55,017 nt of DNA from Bigelowiella natans CCMP2755 (Eukaryota; Protista; Cercozoa). Made by a program: the position numbers and the translations under genes. Of the stretch, positions 13,053 to 25,868 are shown in pieces (the stretch's first letter is position 1; the number at the start of each line of letters is the position of its first letter). Location of the stretch: NCBI GenBank assembly GCA_000320545.1, contig ADNK01002880.1, positions 1 through 55,017 on the forward strand, written 5' to 3'. Under the pieces are notes generated by a model. The model was not told where the DNA came from. It did not search any database and worked only from the letters and a program-made list of their open reading frames with translations.

Positions 13053-13867
13053 CCAGGCACACGTACGAACACACACACACATAGCACGCTCATGTATTGC
13101 GTGCATAGGAATGCTTGCACGCATTCGTAATTTTGCAATTGTCATTCTACCTTTACGGTTGAAAAATACGATGAATGCGAAGCAACATGAGGACAAAGAA
13201 GGTGGAGAGCGTCTCTAATTTGGACTAAGTCATATTGGGACAATCCCATCTCCGCCGCGTTTCGGAGCCGATGATGCATTGAGAGAAGCAATTCAGCTCG
13301 AATGCGATCCGCTTCGCCCTACACGATGTAAGAGATGAGATAATAGTTTCACTTTTTGTACTTTAAGGTGCGGGTATTTATGGATTTTCGGTACGTATTC
13401 AGGGCGGACATTGCACTGACCATATCTCCTATTGCCTCATGAGCAACGCTTAGCCAATATCTGACATAATCGTCGCACAGATCCAAGCCTTTCTCACAGA
13501 AGGGTTTCAAAGCGACTATGGCGTTCTTGAACGTCTCTGATGGGGAATGTTAAGGCAGTTACGCGATCTTGCCTGTCTGACCAAGACGGCTTGTTAGAAC
13601 ACCTGGCTCGAAACGCATTTGCCCGGTTGCTGTTTCCACGTCCAAACACACCGTTTTGGCGAAATTTTCCTGTCTTAAAGGAGATTCGCAGGTTCCAGGC
13701 CCGTTCTCCTCGCATGATTCTGTAACGGCCACAAGGTAAGGAGATCTTCTTGATGCAAACTCTTCTTCTAATGTGCTTGTGACGATACCGGAAGCTTCAG
13801 AGGATGAGGCAATGACGAGGAAGAACAGTGCGACCACGGAATAAGAGTTCCTATCAGCTAGTCCCAT
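11238..13867 (-). CDS. Signal-peptide-bearing JmjC/cupin-8 protein, JMJD8-like
   Basis: Hydrophobic N-terminus (VVALFFLVIASSSEA); KPVLIGGLMSNW (JmjC N-terminal motif); spliced AIFMIGADRSKTG|FHFHSNAYNGLVFGKKHWYFMPP and CTQHAGEVMFVPTGWKHAVMN. The HxH...H metal triad plus signal peptide resembles JMJD8. Confidence 0.85.
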
Positions 13868-14182
13868 GCCTTCAGTCTATAGTCTTGGCATACGCCGTCC
13901 CCTCCATCAATCCGCCACCCCCCAACACCTCGCCGGCTCGGGATTAATTTGCTCGCGAGCGTAGTCGAAGTTCTGAATTATGGAACAGAAGGCCATTTGC
14001 GGAGGGCGGAGCAGCAAAAAGCAGGCGGATCCGTCCTTGCGACATGGATAAATTAAGCGGGGTTCAAAGTCGATTTTGTTGATTTTATTGATGTCTCAGC
14101 AGCAGAAGGGCATGCCGTTTCTCGATAATTTGCACCGGATTCATCTGAGATTCCGTTCATTCTCTCGGAGGCGAGCGGTCCG
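13868..14182. promoter_or_regulatory. Putative bidirectional promoter (JmjC / thioesterase)
   Basis: 315 bp between divergent start codons; CpG-containing with no microsatellite. Function is inferred from geometry only. Confidence 0.45.
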
Positions 14183-14755
14183 ATGGCGGCCGATCTTGCT
14201 GTACAGGATTTGATCGGACCCCATGCCAACGGTTGCTATGGATGTGGGCCTTACAATGAAAAAGGCTTAAAGCTTAAGAGTTATTGGGTTGACGAGGAGA
14301 ATAACCCATTTCTCGGAAGCTGCCACGCAACATTTGTTCCAGATCCGTCGATGAATGGGGGACATCCGAATGTCACGTATGGCGGAATTCTCGCTTGCAT
14401 CGTTGATTGTCATTCAATGAACACTGCAATGGCGTATCTTTATCGTAAACAAGGATTATCCATTGGAGACAAGTCAATCCCTCAGAAGTGGTGTGTTACA
14501 AAATCCTTAAAACTAGACTACAAGCGCCCCACCCCCGTATCTGCGATCAAATTGACTGCGAGAGTTACGGGGACAAAGAGAAATAGAAGGATTGTTTTCG
14601 TTGAGACTTTGGTTCAAACAGTATCTACTAAGGGAAAGGCTGTTCTAACGGTTAAAGGCCACGCAGTTGCAGTATCCATATCAGGCTCTAATGCGATGAA
14701 TCCTCACCCCAAAAGCCACACTCCGAAACAACAGCAGCCCCAATCAAAATTGTGA
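14183..14755 (+). CDS. HotDog-fold (PaaI/4HBT-like) thioesterase, single exon
   Basis: 190-aa uninterrupted ORF with CYGCGPYNEKGLKL, GHPNVTYGGILACIVDC (HGG..D-like hotdog helix) and VTKSLKLDYKRPTP, typical of PaaI-family thioesterases. Confidence 0.85.
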   Translation: MAADLAVQDLIGPHANGCYGCGPYNEKGLKLKSYWVDEENNPFLGSCHATFVPDPSMNGGHPNVTYGGILACIVDCHSMNTAMAYLYRKQGLSIGDKSIPQKWCVTKSLKLDYKRPTPVSAIKLTARVTGTKRNRRIVFVETLVQTVSTKGKAVLTVKGHAVAVSISGSNAMNPHPKSHTPKQQQPQSKL

Positions 14756-15369
14756 ATGGTTTCGACAATCAAATAATAGCTAATGTTCAATATTTTTGTC
14801 TAAGTTCTCATTGAGTATAGGGTTGAAAAAATTAGCCCGCATTGCGCGATGTAAAATTGCATGTATGACGATTGACGCATTTGGCATAGCCAGATGGTAT
14901 TGTTTGATCATCTAGACATATAGACATCTCCTGTGCATGCAATTTTTCGCTGGCGGCAAATGGCTATATTAATTTTGGACTCAAACAAGACTGTGTATTT
15001 TCAAATACTGTCGATCACTAAACATGTATCATTATCTGATGTGCATATGTGCACATATATGTACATATATCCGTCTCATACTAAAAAAACATCCGGCTCA
15101 TATGTACATATATAGACGTGTCTATACACATTCTAGATCATACATTCGCACTAGTGCATATGGCAATTATCGTACTCTGGATTTACATCAGGTACTATGT
15201 CTGCTATTATGCAATAAACCGCACAGCAGGCTAGCAGTAGACTGCTACGATGTAACTGCCTGCACTAAATGATGCGGTGCGACTAATCGGCGGCAAATTG
15301 AATGACTCCATCACTGTTGCAGATACATAAACTCATGTACATGCAGCACTAGGATACAGATTGAATAGG

Positions 15370-17167
15370 CTATTGCTTCCAAGGCAGCCTTTCTACTTCC
15401 GATTGTACAAACGGACAGTCAACAACGCCTCGATCTGTGAAATAGCCGTTACATCTGTACTTATATAGAATGTACACTAGTTGGCCCCGGCGACATTCGG
15501 GGCACTTGGGCAGGGCGCCACGCATCGCACCGTCGGCACAACGCTGAACCAGCTCGTACTTCTTCAAACTTGAAGACGACTGGTTATTCCGCCGCAGCAG
15601 CCCTCGAAGGTATTCGGCGGTCTTCTCCTCGAAGCCTTGCAGGGCCTTCGATTCCTTGACCATGCTACGGGTGTCCATTCGCCTATGCTCTGGGATGTAT
15701 AACGACCTTCGAGGTGATCCCTCATGCGATTGTGTGGTCGGCGATTTTCCAACGAGCGCCTCTTGCTGCTTTCGGGCATACGCGACGAGGCTGCAAGCGA
15801 TGTGAATGCATGGTCTTCGTATTCGTTTCCTTCGATGGCCGCTTCTGTACCGTTCGCACGAGCACCTCCACGATTCTACCCGGTCGTCAAGGAACTCCAC
15901 AACAACCTTAGCGGAGCTCGAAGATCGGGAGCCCGCGTCGCCGTCTTCGCACTTTGCCAGGAGGGTCGATCCGCTTTCCAGCGAAATCTTCTTTGTCACC
16001 GTTGCATGCTTTTCGCGCGCATCCATCCACAGGTATGTTCCCAGAATGTCTTTGAGCCCCTCTGCTGTAATGATCGGCGGGGTACATGGGTATCCTGCTT
16101 GGGAGCTGCTGGCGGTGCAGAGCTTTGACTCAGGGAGCTGCAGGCTTCGTCGCTCTCTTTTTCTCTGGCTGCTACAGCTTTCGCCATCCACACGCTCTGG
16201 CCTGCGCTTTCGAGATCGATGCGGCGATCGAGAATTCACGATTCTATTGCGCACCTTCAAATGGACGGAATCACTGTTTGCGCCAGGAGAGTCCCTGCTG
16301 GTTTCTTCCGCAGTTTTTGGGGCTTTCACGGCTGCCTTCTGGAGACGGCTTTGCACAGTCCGAAGATGCTTCTCGATCTGGCCGATGTAGAAGCTTCGAG
16401 GTTTCCGGTCAAACACTGCAGCTCCAAGTTCCGCGTTGACGTCGTCACGCAACCTGTTCTCTCGCGCAAGCTTTAGCGCCGCTTTAAAGCTTTTCTCACT
16501 CTCTTCCCACCTTTGCTCGCGGGCGTATAGAACTCCCTTCAATTTGTGCCTTTTTGGAGAATACGGGCGCACGGCGATAGACTTATCACATTCAAAGTGT
16601 GCTTTGGCGAGGTCTTTTAGCTTCGCGTAGCAGGTTGCGCGGCGGTGGTGTAGCTCTGCCTTTGAGGCTTGAAGCTGTTTCACTTCAGTGCAAACTTTGA
16701 TGGCCTCCTCCAGCGGCATCAACGCGCTTATGTGCCTGTTTTTATGCATCAAGACTGCAGCATCATTGAGAAGCTTGGTCACTTTGGCATCCCGCTCCAT
16801 GAGCTCGGATGGTGAAACCTCTATAAAACTGGGAAAATCCTGTCGGGGGGGCAGCACTGTCGCTGCTGCATTGCTCGAGGGCTTCGTGATAGCCGTCGTT
16901 GAATGATCTTTGCCCGGTACCTCACTGTGAACAGCTATCGTGGGAGTCTTGGCCTCCTCACCGGTTTCGTCTTTGTCATCCACTCGGACGCCAAAAAGCA
17001 TTTCCATTAGATTCTCTGGCTCGGGATCGTTGGGGTGTCCACCCTTATCGAAAAACCCAGAGGAATGGCCCTTTGGTGCTTCGCTCACTTTAAGCTTGTC
17101 ATTGGACGTAATCGGACTCGTTGCTTCACTCCTTGCACTCTGCATTAGATTGCTGTTTAATCTTATT

Positions 17168-17212
<45 letters not shown>

Positions 17213-19462
17213 GCATCGTGATATGAATCGTCTGACTCGGGGGAATTCGGAATCAGCGTGGCTGCGATTTTGGGTGCCCCCTGAGAAAACTCTGGCTGGC
17301 CACATGGGATGGCATCGCTCGACATCTGCCGAGAGGCATCTGACACGATGCTCGACGATTTTCCAGCCTTCTTTCCAGTTGCTGGCGACGTCCTGGGAGT
17401 GGCTGCCGTTTTCGGGATGGCAGCTTGAGGTGGTCCAGAACTAGAACTATCGAAGAGATCATCCTTTGAGCTATGTGACTTCAGCCCTTTCCCTTCCCCA
17501 ACCTCCAGGGCATTAACTTCTACCGTCTTTCTCGTGCCGCGTTGTACTGTTGAAATGGCATCCGCATGCATTTCCCTCGGAATGTCTCCTGGAACTATTG
17601 TTATTGCGGCTGCAGCGCTTGTATTTCTAAGCCCTTCTTGGACATTCGCTGCGCTACCAATGGAAACAGCACCGCCAGCCTTCCTATTCTTGATTGCATC
17701 CACAGAGCCCATCTTTGTGCCTGAGTGTTTGGCTCGAAGCTCACTTGTCCCTGCAGTCTTTTTCAGTTGACGGGAACATCGATCACGAGGCGATTTTCCA
17801 CCGTCTGCACTATTCTTCCCAGCTGGAGTCTCACTCTATCGAAAAAAATCATTGAAGGGGAAGATGTAGGAGTGTTAAGCACTGTGAACAAGCGCAAATA
17901 TGAAAGCATCCAGCATTCTTTCAATGAAACGTATCGGTAACATATTCGGGAGGTCATTACTTAGGCTACCAAATATCTCATTTTTCTTACCTTGCGCGCC
18001 GCTTTATTCGGGGTCCTCACAGACAAATGAGTGCTTCTACTTTGGTTCGGAGGAGGACATATGCGAGAGAGTTCAACCAGCAAGGCCTGGCGGTCTCCTG
18101 CAATTTGAAAGGGGGTTTTCGGTTAATCTATGCTTGGTTAAAGTAAGTAACACTTCGTGGTACCGTATGCGTCTAGTCCCATTTCGTCTCTCAAAGCCAA
18201 GTTCGTGATTGTCAGGAGTGCTGATCACATGAAATAACACAGAGGATGTTACCACTTTCCCTTTTCCTTAGATGTTCTAAAATCTCTTGGGACATACGAA
18301 TCAAAAAGATGATATGTTGAACAAAGAGAATAAATTTTCCATAATTTCCAAGCAATTTACTACCGCGTCCGTCAACGTGGTGCTTCTTTAGCATACTGAC
18401 CACTCTGAAGCTCAAACGAACCCGCCGAGCCCAAGCAACAACCTGCAGGTTAAAATCCATAAAATAGGGCTGGAAATTTATCGCCCGTTCATATTGTCAA
18501 CCTCTTCCTCCGTCCACATGGTAGCTTTCTTTTCTCGTGTCCGCACTGCGCAGTTTTCTGATTGCCTCTTTCTCCTCTTCCTCTCATATTTGACCGAGCG
18601 CTCGCAGATACCGCCACTGCTCCCATTGCTCGATAAGGTGTCGACGTTCTCTTGAGTCAATACTTCTTCTTTCAATAGGAAAAATATTTTTTCTTATATA
18701 TTAGTTGGGTTAGTTTTCTCAAATAAAGGATAATCGCAAGAATACCTTCGTCCTGTGTAACAAGCCGAAATGCAAATTTAAATTCTGACGAGGCCTTGTT
18801 TGATCCGAATACTAGTATATCGCCATCCTAATATCGAATTTATAATATAAGATTACCTTTCATTCGCCCGTCATTGAAATGTGCGAAACAAAACTCACAT
18901 GAAGCATGGTAGGGGCTTCTATCTTCACATCGTTCACGAAGATCTAAGAATTGGTTTGAAGAATATTAGTTGAATCATGAAATAGGGTGGTGACTTTCTT
19001 TATTACCCCGTTGGTGCTTCCCTCGTCTTTGATCTCCCAAAAGAAGTTCTGATTTAGTTTTGGAATTTTTTGACTCACGAAGTGAATGCTTCCATGCTCT
19101 CTGCTTATCATCCCTAGTTCGGAAGAATACAACACGTATAACTTTGTTAGAGGTACGAATTGGATGCATTGAGAGATAAAATCATTTACTTACGGGGATG
19201 TCTAGCGCTATCCAGCACTAAATCGGAAAATTTTGGATTACGGCCAATGATGTAGGTCCCCTTTTCCGGGGCCAAACGGAACTAAGAAAGACGAAACATA
19301 ACACGGCTTGCTCGAGACATCAACGACTTTGGGCAAACCTGTTTTGGAAAGCTTCTGGTTTGTGGAACACTCGCTGAGAGTAAAATAAAATCAGATTTCG
19401 GCTAGGATGGCATGATAATAGGCGCGCAGACCGATCCATTCCAAGCACGCCTCGGGTTCCAT
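15370..19462 (-). CDS. FHA + TPR + SWIM zinc finger + PADR1 (PARP Zn3-like) protein
   Basis: N-terminal exons give YIIGRNPKFSDLVLDSARHP..MISREHGSI..WEIKDEGSTNG..DGDILVFG (FHA GR/SxxH/NG). The 780-aa terminal exon has polyQ, TPR helices (AELHHRRATCYAKLKDLAKAHFECDKSIAVRP), WRCSC...PCIHIA (SWIM CxC..CxH) and LLRRNNQ..ELVQRCADGAMRGALPKCPEC..YRCNG..C (PADR1). Middle exons and the start (ATG 19462) are tentative. Confidence 0.8.
17170..17211 (-). repeat. (CAG)14 polyglutamine tract in the FHA-TPR-SWIM-PADR1 gene
   Basis: In-frame Q14 in ORF 15370-17712. Confidence 0.9.
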
Positions 19463-20333
19463 TTCTTCGTAGTCGTTGGGTTCTGAGGTGGCAAATCTGC
19501 TCCAAGACAAAAACAATGCGATTTTCTGTCAGCGACATAGTTTCCCTATGTCTTTCCATTAAAGCGACACCGACGCTTCTGTTGCAGGAAGGTCTTCACG
19601 CCGAAGACCTCCACAAGAAGGCTTTTTTTATGGGATCTTTCTCCTATGTTTCGACATTCACCATCTGGTTCCTAGCTTGCACCGCTTCTGTCTGGCGCGC
19701 AGCCAAAAAGCGCTCTCTGGGCTTGCGTCAAGGTTGTTCTGGCATGTTATAAGTGCCAGCGGCGGATAACGAAAATGTAATCCATTTTGAAATTTTATCG
19801 AGTGTATTCATTGTCGCGAAAACTAAATTCTCCACCGTGGACGGGACGTCAAAATTTTATCTGGATACAAGCCCGATCCCTCACAACGGGGATCCGAACT
19901 TCGCGCTCTTCGTACAGGCTGGAGCCACTAACACCCTCACCGAAAAGAGCTGTCGTTATCTAAGACGAGGTAGTAACTCTTGATCGTTTATGTTTGAAGG
20001 AAATGATTCTGAAACCCTGCAAAAACAGCCCATATTAAGATTTTGATCAGCTTGCGACTACCATTTCAGGGAAGAGGCGTATCTGTTATGCATGGAGGAA
20101 CTCCAAGACAGCGCACAGGATCCAGCCGATATTTGACACCCAAAAATGGGAGAAGGTACTACGTCACCGTAGGTTAGTAGGATGACTCAGTTGGCACTCT
20201 GAAACGCATGTTTGAGATAATGCCTAAAGCTCGCAATCATAGATGATGAGAAGATGTTTCACTTCCTACGACACCAAACAATGAGGCAATCGATTACTGG
20301 CATCGGCCAAGGCTTAGAAATATTGGGAGAAGC

Positions 20334-22747
20334 ATGCAGAGCGCGCCTTGTAGTGATCATAACTGTCACTTGGCCTTTTATCTTTCTCCGTGTCCCAACA
20401 GCAGATACAAGAGATGGTGGAAGCAGATTCGCATCCCAACGATTCGCGACTTTCGGAAAGCATTTAAGAAGAGCAGCGCCAAAAATGTAGTAAAAATATT
20501 GGCCGGCTTTCGGGTCTCTACCTTGGTGTGACGATTTTTTCTCGATTCAGGAACAGGCCGTTCGATTAAGGATTGTGCTAGCCACCTTTGGGTTGTTTAT
20601 GCTGTATGTTCTTCACGACATTCTGCAGGTAAACTTGCCACTCTAGCCATTGTATTCTGTTATAAAATTCCCAGCCGGGATTTAGTGATATCTACTGTGG
20701 ACGGCATGGGGTTGAGCTTTGATGTTCTTTAGGAAAAAGCTTTTCGCACCAAGAACTTCAAGTTTGGTTGGCTCATGACAACAATAGGTAGCATGCAATA
20801 CCTTTCTTTTCCTTTCTTTGCATTTTCCCACAAAGCCTGTGCTGCCATCCTCTTAGAACTCGGAGTCTTCGCTCTCTGTGCGAAGTTTTTTGAAGGAGCT
20901 TCGTTCAAAGCTAGGCCGCCCCCAAGGTGAATGAATTTCAAAAGAAACTACTCGTCTTATGCATTGATATATGCTAAGTTACGCGTATACGCCCCACCAT
21001 TGTCTCAATCACACACACCCACACGCATGCACGTATTTTAAGTATATGCTATTTTGTCCGAGTGTGCTTTAGGACATCTGAAATAAGTAGAAATCGGAGA
21101 AAATGAGAGATCATAATATCGATTGATGTTTACGCATGTACACATTTTGCAGAGTCCTGGCCTATTTCTTCCTTCTTTCTGTGGTACTAGCCCTGTCGCA
21201 GGGATCTGGGTCTGCATCCTTACAGGTGAACGCACATTTGTCGCATATATTCTCCGCCTCTTCCAGTTTTCCAATCCAAGATGCTTGTGGACCTTGCATA
21301 TAGCTAATAGCATGCCTCGGCTTTGTCTAACGATTAGCTTAAAGAACTTATGAAACGCGTTGTGATAAATCATCTACTTCCTCTGTGCATTGCATACAGT
21401 ATGTGTCGTTTCCCTTGAAAGTCTGCTTCAAGAGCTGCAAGCTGATCCCGACGATGCTGCTAGGAGTTCTCATTACAGGTGGGCAAAATAACTCCGTTAT
21501 GTGTGTGAAATGATTGGGAGAAGTGATTGACGGCAGCGTCGTTGTGCCGCCGCAAACGAAAAGAGCATGCGTTTGGGTCCACGCCCCCCATCCTAAATCT
21601 GGGGAGTTGACATTGATTGATATTTATCGATCTTGATGTCGTAAGAATCTATCCTTATGCTGGAAGCGCTTGCTGACGATGATATACTTCTTGGTCAGGA
21701 CGCCGGTACAGCACGCTCCAGTATGTCTCTGCGGCGCTGATGTGCACGTCGTTGATTCTCCTCGTCAACGCTCCTAACAGCAACAGCAGCACCAACTCCA
21801 TCGTGAAACCCTCGCTTCCTACCCCCCCCCCTCCTTCCGACGAGCTTCGCCGCCACCCAGTTACAGTGCCCCCCCTCCAAGCTCTGGAGAGCAAGAAGCT
21901 AGTTACTGGGGCGGAGAACTTCCCTGATTCTGCGGTAAGTTTGCCCAAGGTGCTCAGCGTGCCGTCCAGGGTGAAGAGAGGGGGCGGAGCCCGTCCAAAG
22001 AAGCAAGTGACGTCTCCGAGCGACGATAGGAACGACGCAGCTGCGGCCGATAAGCTTCTTTATCGCGGCATCTTCCTCCTCGTCGTGGCTATTGCCTGTG
22101 ACGCCCTTGTCCCTAATATCCAGGTGACCAAAGGCGAAATCCAATGAAGAAGATGTAACTTTTTTGATGTTCTCTGCATCCTTTCCCCTCCCCATCCCCC
22201 CCCCCCTCCCCGCCTCAAAAAGGAACGTGTGCTGTCTGGAATGGGAGTCCGGGCTGTGGACATGATTATGTGGACAAACATGCTCTCTGGAATGTAACAA
22301 AAACGCCATCGGCCCTCCGCATAAATAAAAAGCTAACTTCCGCAATATCTTGCAGATCTCTATGCAATTTTGATTCGTTCCCTAATCTGACCTCCCCCCC
22401 CTTCCTCGTTATCGCAACAGAGCTACATTTCTGTATACGCTGAAATCGGGGGAGCTTGTCGCCGCCATGGGGTTATTTGCCGTTCACCCAATGGTACTAT
22501 TCTGGCTGGTTTGCCAGGCTATTAGCGGGTCAGTTCTGGAGGTTTTTCCATAGTCTGCATCAGCAGTAGTAGTAGTAGTAGAAATAGCAGTAGAGGTGGC
22601 TTTTTAGAGAAGGAGGAGGAAGAGGAGGAGGGCATGAAGGCAATGAAGTCCTCAGAGGGATTGATGTTCCGCGGTCATTTGTCTTGAATGCTGCCAAAAT
22701 ATCTAACGTTTTTTGGTTTTTTGTGATTGCTTGACATTTAATTTTAA

Positions 22748-22785
<38 letters not shown>

Positions 22786-23624
22786 ACTCCCTCTTTCTCT
22801 CTCTACCTATCTCTCGCCCTCTGCCTATGCATCACTTCTGCTCTCCCTCTTCTGTTCTCATTCGTGTGTCAAAGGTATTGCGGGCTCAGGTGCTACCTCT
22901 TGCTAGTGAGGGAATGCGGCGCGGTTTTCGCGGTAAGAATTTGGAACAGAATAGCCGCAAGGCTAGTCACACAGCCCCACCCATAAACAATAGAGGCCTC
23001 GACAACACAACATCTGCGTCAGTACCTTCTGCAGGTATACTAGGCCTTGAGAAACAATGGATTTCCTGAAATAATCAGGTGGTCGCAACCTCGTTCAGAA
23101 AGGTGATAACGATTGTTCTTAGCTTCCTCCTCTTCACCAAGCCTTTCACCAGGAGGTACTCGGAATGCATCGGATGCGTGAAAAGCGATAATGCGAATAT
23201 CTGTTGGTGCTTCTGCTGCTGTTGTAAATGTTGCTGTTGTTGCTGCTGTATTGTTGCGTTCAATATCGATATTTTCTGGTGTCTGTTCAATCGTCTGTAG
23301 GCATTTCTTAGCGCTTCTGCTTCTGCAGCTGGTGAGGGAGACGCTTCTCATATTTCTATCGACATGAATTTGAACACGCCTAAATTGGGAATATCTGACA
23401 TTTAAATTGGAAAGCTATATTGGAGAATCTTACCAATAGTTGTAGTACTACTCCAAACTTAGTTTTGAGAATAGTATCGATGTAATTATATTTTGTTGTG
23501 CGCATCGTACTGATCATTCGCGTGGTTTTGGTTGTTGCAGGGTGTTGCTTTGACGATTCTCTCCCGTCGGAAAAAGAAAAAGAAGAAAAAAAAGATAGGC
23601 CGTAGAAGTAAGATTAGGCTTTGA
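20334..23624 (+). CDS. UAA-family (SLC35B-like) nucleotide-sugar/PAPS transporter
   Basis: Spliced exons give LFMLYVLHDILQ|EKAFRTKNFKFGWLMT, SGSASLQ|YVSFPLKVCFKSCKLIPTMLLG, GIFLLVVAIACDALVPNIQ|E, GELVAA..HP, VVATSFRKVITIVLSFLLFTKP and a stop at 23624. These are SLC35B/UAA signatures. The 5' boundary is uncertain; candidate exons extend back to about 19750-19920. Confidence 0.87.
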
Positions 23625-23673
23625 AGTACAGCAATGCATTCAATGCATTGAAAGAAACAACGCAATATCTGTA

Positions 23674-23749
23674 TGAGACGGATATAATGAATTAATTAAA
23701 AGTTTTCAATTGTCATCCTAATGTAGCTGTGCAAAGCAGCGGCTACAGC
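23674..23749 (+). repeat. Degenerate dispersed repeat, copy A
   Basis: TGAGACGG..AATGAAT..TTCAAT..TCATC..ATGTAGCTGTGCAA-AGCAGCGGCTACAGC aligns colinearly with 51919-52011. Confidence 0.7.
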
Positions 23750-24379
23750 AGCACTCATGCTACATGTATTTCTTTCCGCTGATGTCTTTCATGCATGTAA
23801 ACACCACAACCCCCTACGTGTGTGATACTAAGTCCCCATCCAGTTAAATATCCTTTCACATAAATGTCACAAATAATGTGCAGCCTCTGTGCTTCTAAAT
23901 GTTAATGCTTTCTAAACCTTTCTAACTTTCTAGCTTTGCACCTAGATGTGTGCTGCTGTGATTCCAACGATGCGTGTGCAATTATCAGCTCTTGTTCCCA
24001 TCTAGGTACGCTAGCATGCTATTACGACACACATCAAGACACAATAACGTAGGCGTGTGCAATGTCTTTGTTAGCTTAGCAATAGCACGATGAAATATGT
24101 GCGCTAGTCGATATATATATATGCATGGTATAATAATCATATTAGAGAAAATATTATATCTGGAATGCTATAATAGCTTGTTTTTGCTGCGCTATGTGAC
24201 TCAAACTGTCCATGCAATAACAGTGCGCCTCTTAAGTACATTATGTACTAACCAGCTTGTTGCATGTCGCAGAACTGCATGCACGCCAGATGAATGCTGT
24301 TCGCAAGTCTAAAACACGCGTCTAGCTGCAATGTCATGTAGCATGATTACTGTAGATTAATTGACTTATGACGCACTTG

Positions 24380-24607
24380 CTAGCATCCAAATGTATAAGC
24401 AGCTTCCTTCGTCTCCACTACATGCCACATGTACCAGCTGCCTATTGTACGATACGGTCTCCAAGCATTAGCAATCTTCAAAAGATCATCTCGCCCGGGA
24501 AGCTTTTCCACTATAGTCTCTGCATCAGGATCAATCTCCATCTCGTACAGACGCTTGAACGCCTTCCTTACAGCTAAATCTCCCACCTGAATAATAACGA
24601 CGCGACA

Positions 24608-24639
<32 letters not shown>

Positions 24640-25406
24640 GTGTGTATGTATGTGTGTGTGTATGTGTGTGACAAGTCCCAATCGCAGGTAGAGTGGAGAG
24701 TTTGTGCTCAATTCCGCACATGTATACCGGAAGAATGTCTGGACGTCCAAGCGAGAACATCATAAACATTTGCACCGACCTTTTGTTATTAATGGTGAGA
24801 AAGACGAACAACAGACAAGCGAAGATTCGGCCAATAAAAAATGTGCCAACAGCAACTCACCCAAGCCCAAGAAATGCAAGCACAAAAATTCAAGATGACG
24901 TGCTTCGGTCCAAATTTTCTAACAACAGCTCGCTTCCTCTCCATTACCACTCGCCGAGGCCCTTAACTTTGCAGAGCGCCTCCATGACCTCAATATCCTT
25001 CATCTTACGCAGCTTCTCATTGGTCAGACTTCCATCGCCAAATTTGTCGGAGAGATCGAGTAAATAGCTCACCTTCGGCCGCGAAAGGCCTATTGCTAGT
25101 CTTTTTTCATGGTTCTCATCAATCCCGAGACCCTTCACGGAGCTTGGGTTAAGATGCGACTCCCCGCCGCAGGCCTCCACAAGTCTGGCAAAAATCCGTG
25201 CGGCTGACTTCACGGAAAGCTGCTGGTAGACGATACTTCGGCATAGCGACTTAAACGCATCCAAGCCAAGTCGTGGGATTAGACTTGTTGGAGGGCCGAT
25301 TTGTCGAATGACCTGAGAAGTGGGTTGTATAACAAGAAAGGAAGAGGAGTAGGAAGTAGTAATAATAACTAATTGGGCTAAAGAGCTGCTCAGCATGAAA
25401 TCATTA

Positions 25407-25450
<44 letters not shown>

Positions 25451-25702
25451 CAACCCGAGCCAATCTTGCATCATTTTCGGAGAGGTGGCTGAGAGCTGCT
25501 GATAACAGCTTTGTTGATATTCTCGGTTGGTTTCCAGTATGGTCCTCCCCAACGGTCAGCTTAGCCAAGCTCAAAAGCTTGCTCGATGCACTCTTTGCCC
25601 TCTTCTTCGGAGATTTTTTCGAGGGCTTTTTCGTTCTTTTCTTTGCCTTTTTCGGCTGGGTGGAAGCTGCATCCACCATCTTCCCTTCCTCCTCGTGACA
25701 TT
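24380..25702 (-). CDS. AlkA/MAG1-type DNA-3-methyladenine glycosylase (HhH-GPD); standalone from ATG 25679 or the C-terminal module of the upstream helicase
   Basis: FKSLCRSIVYQQLS, GLSRPKVSYL, HhH LCKVKGLGEW, MFSLGRPDILP|VGDLAVRK (catalytic Asp) and WRPYRTIGSWYMW, all joined by GT-AG introns. Confidence 0.93.
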
Positions 25703-25868
25703 CTAGGTATAGAAACACACCAAGAAGAAGCAAAATCAGTGGCCCTCCCTACCTTACTACCAAACTCTAGTTGCATCGAATTAAAAAAAAAAAACTACGA
25801 GAATAAGCATAAGCATGCTCTGCACTCTCCTGCCAGTATTCTGATTATTTTGAATAATGCCCACGTAA

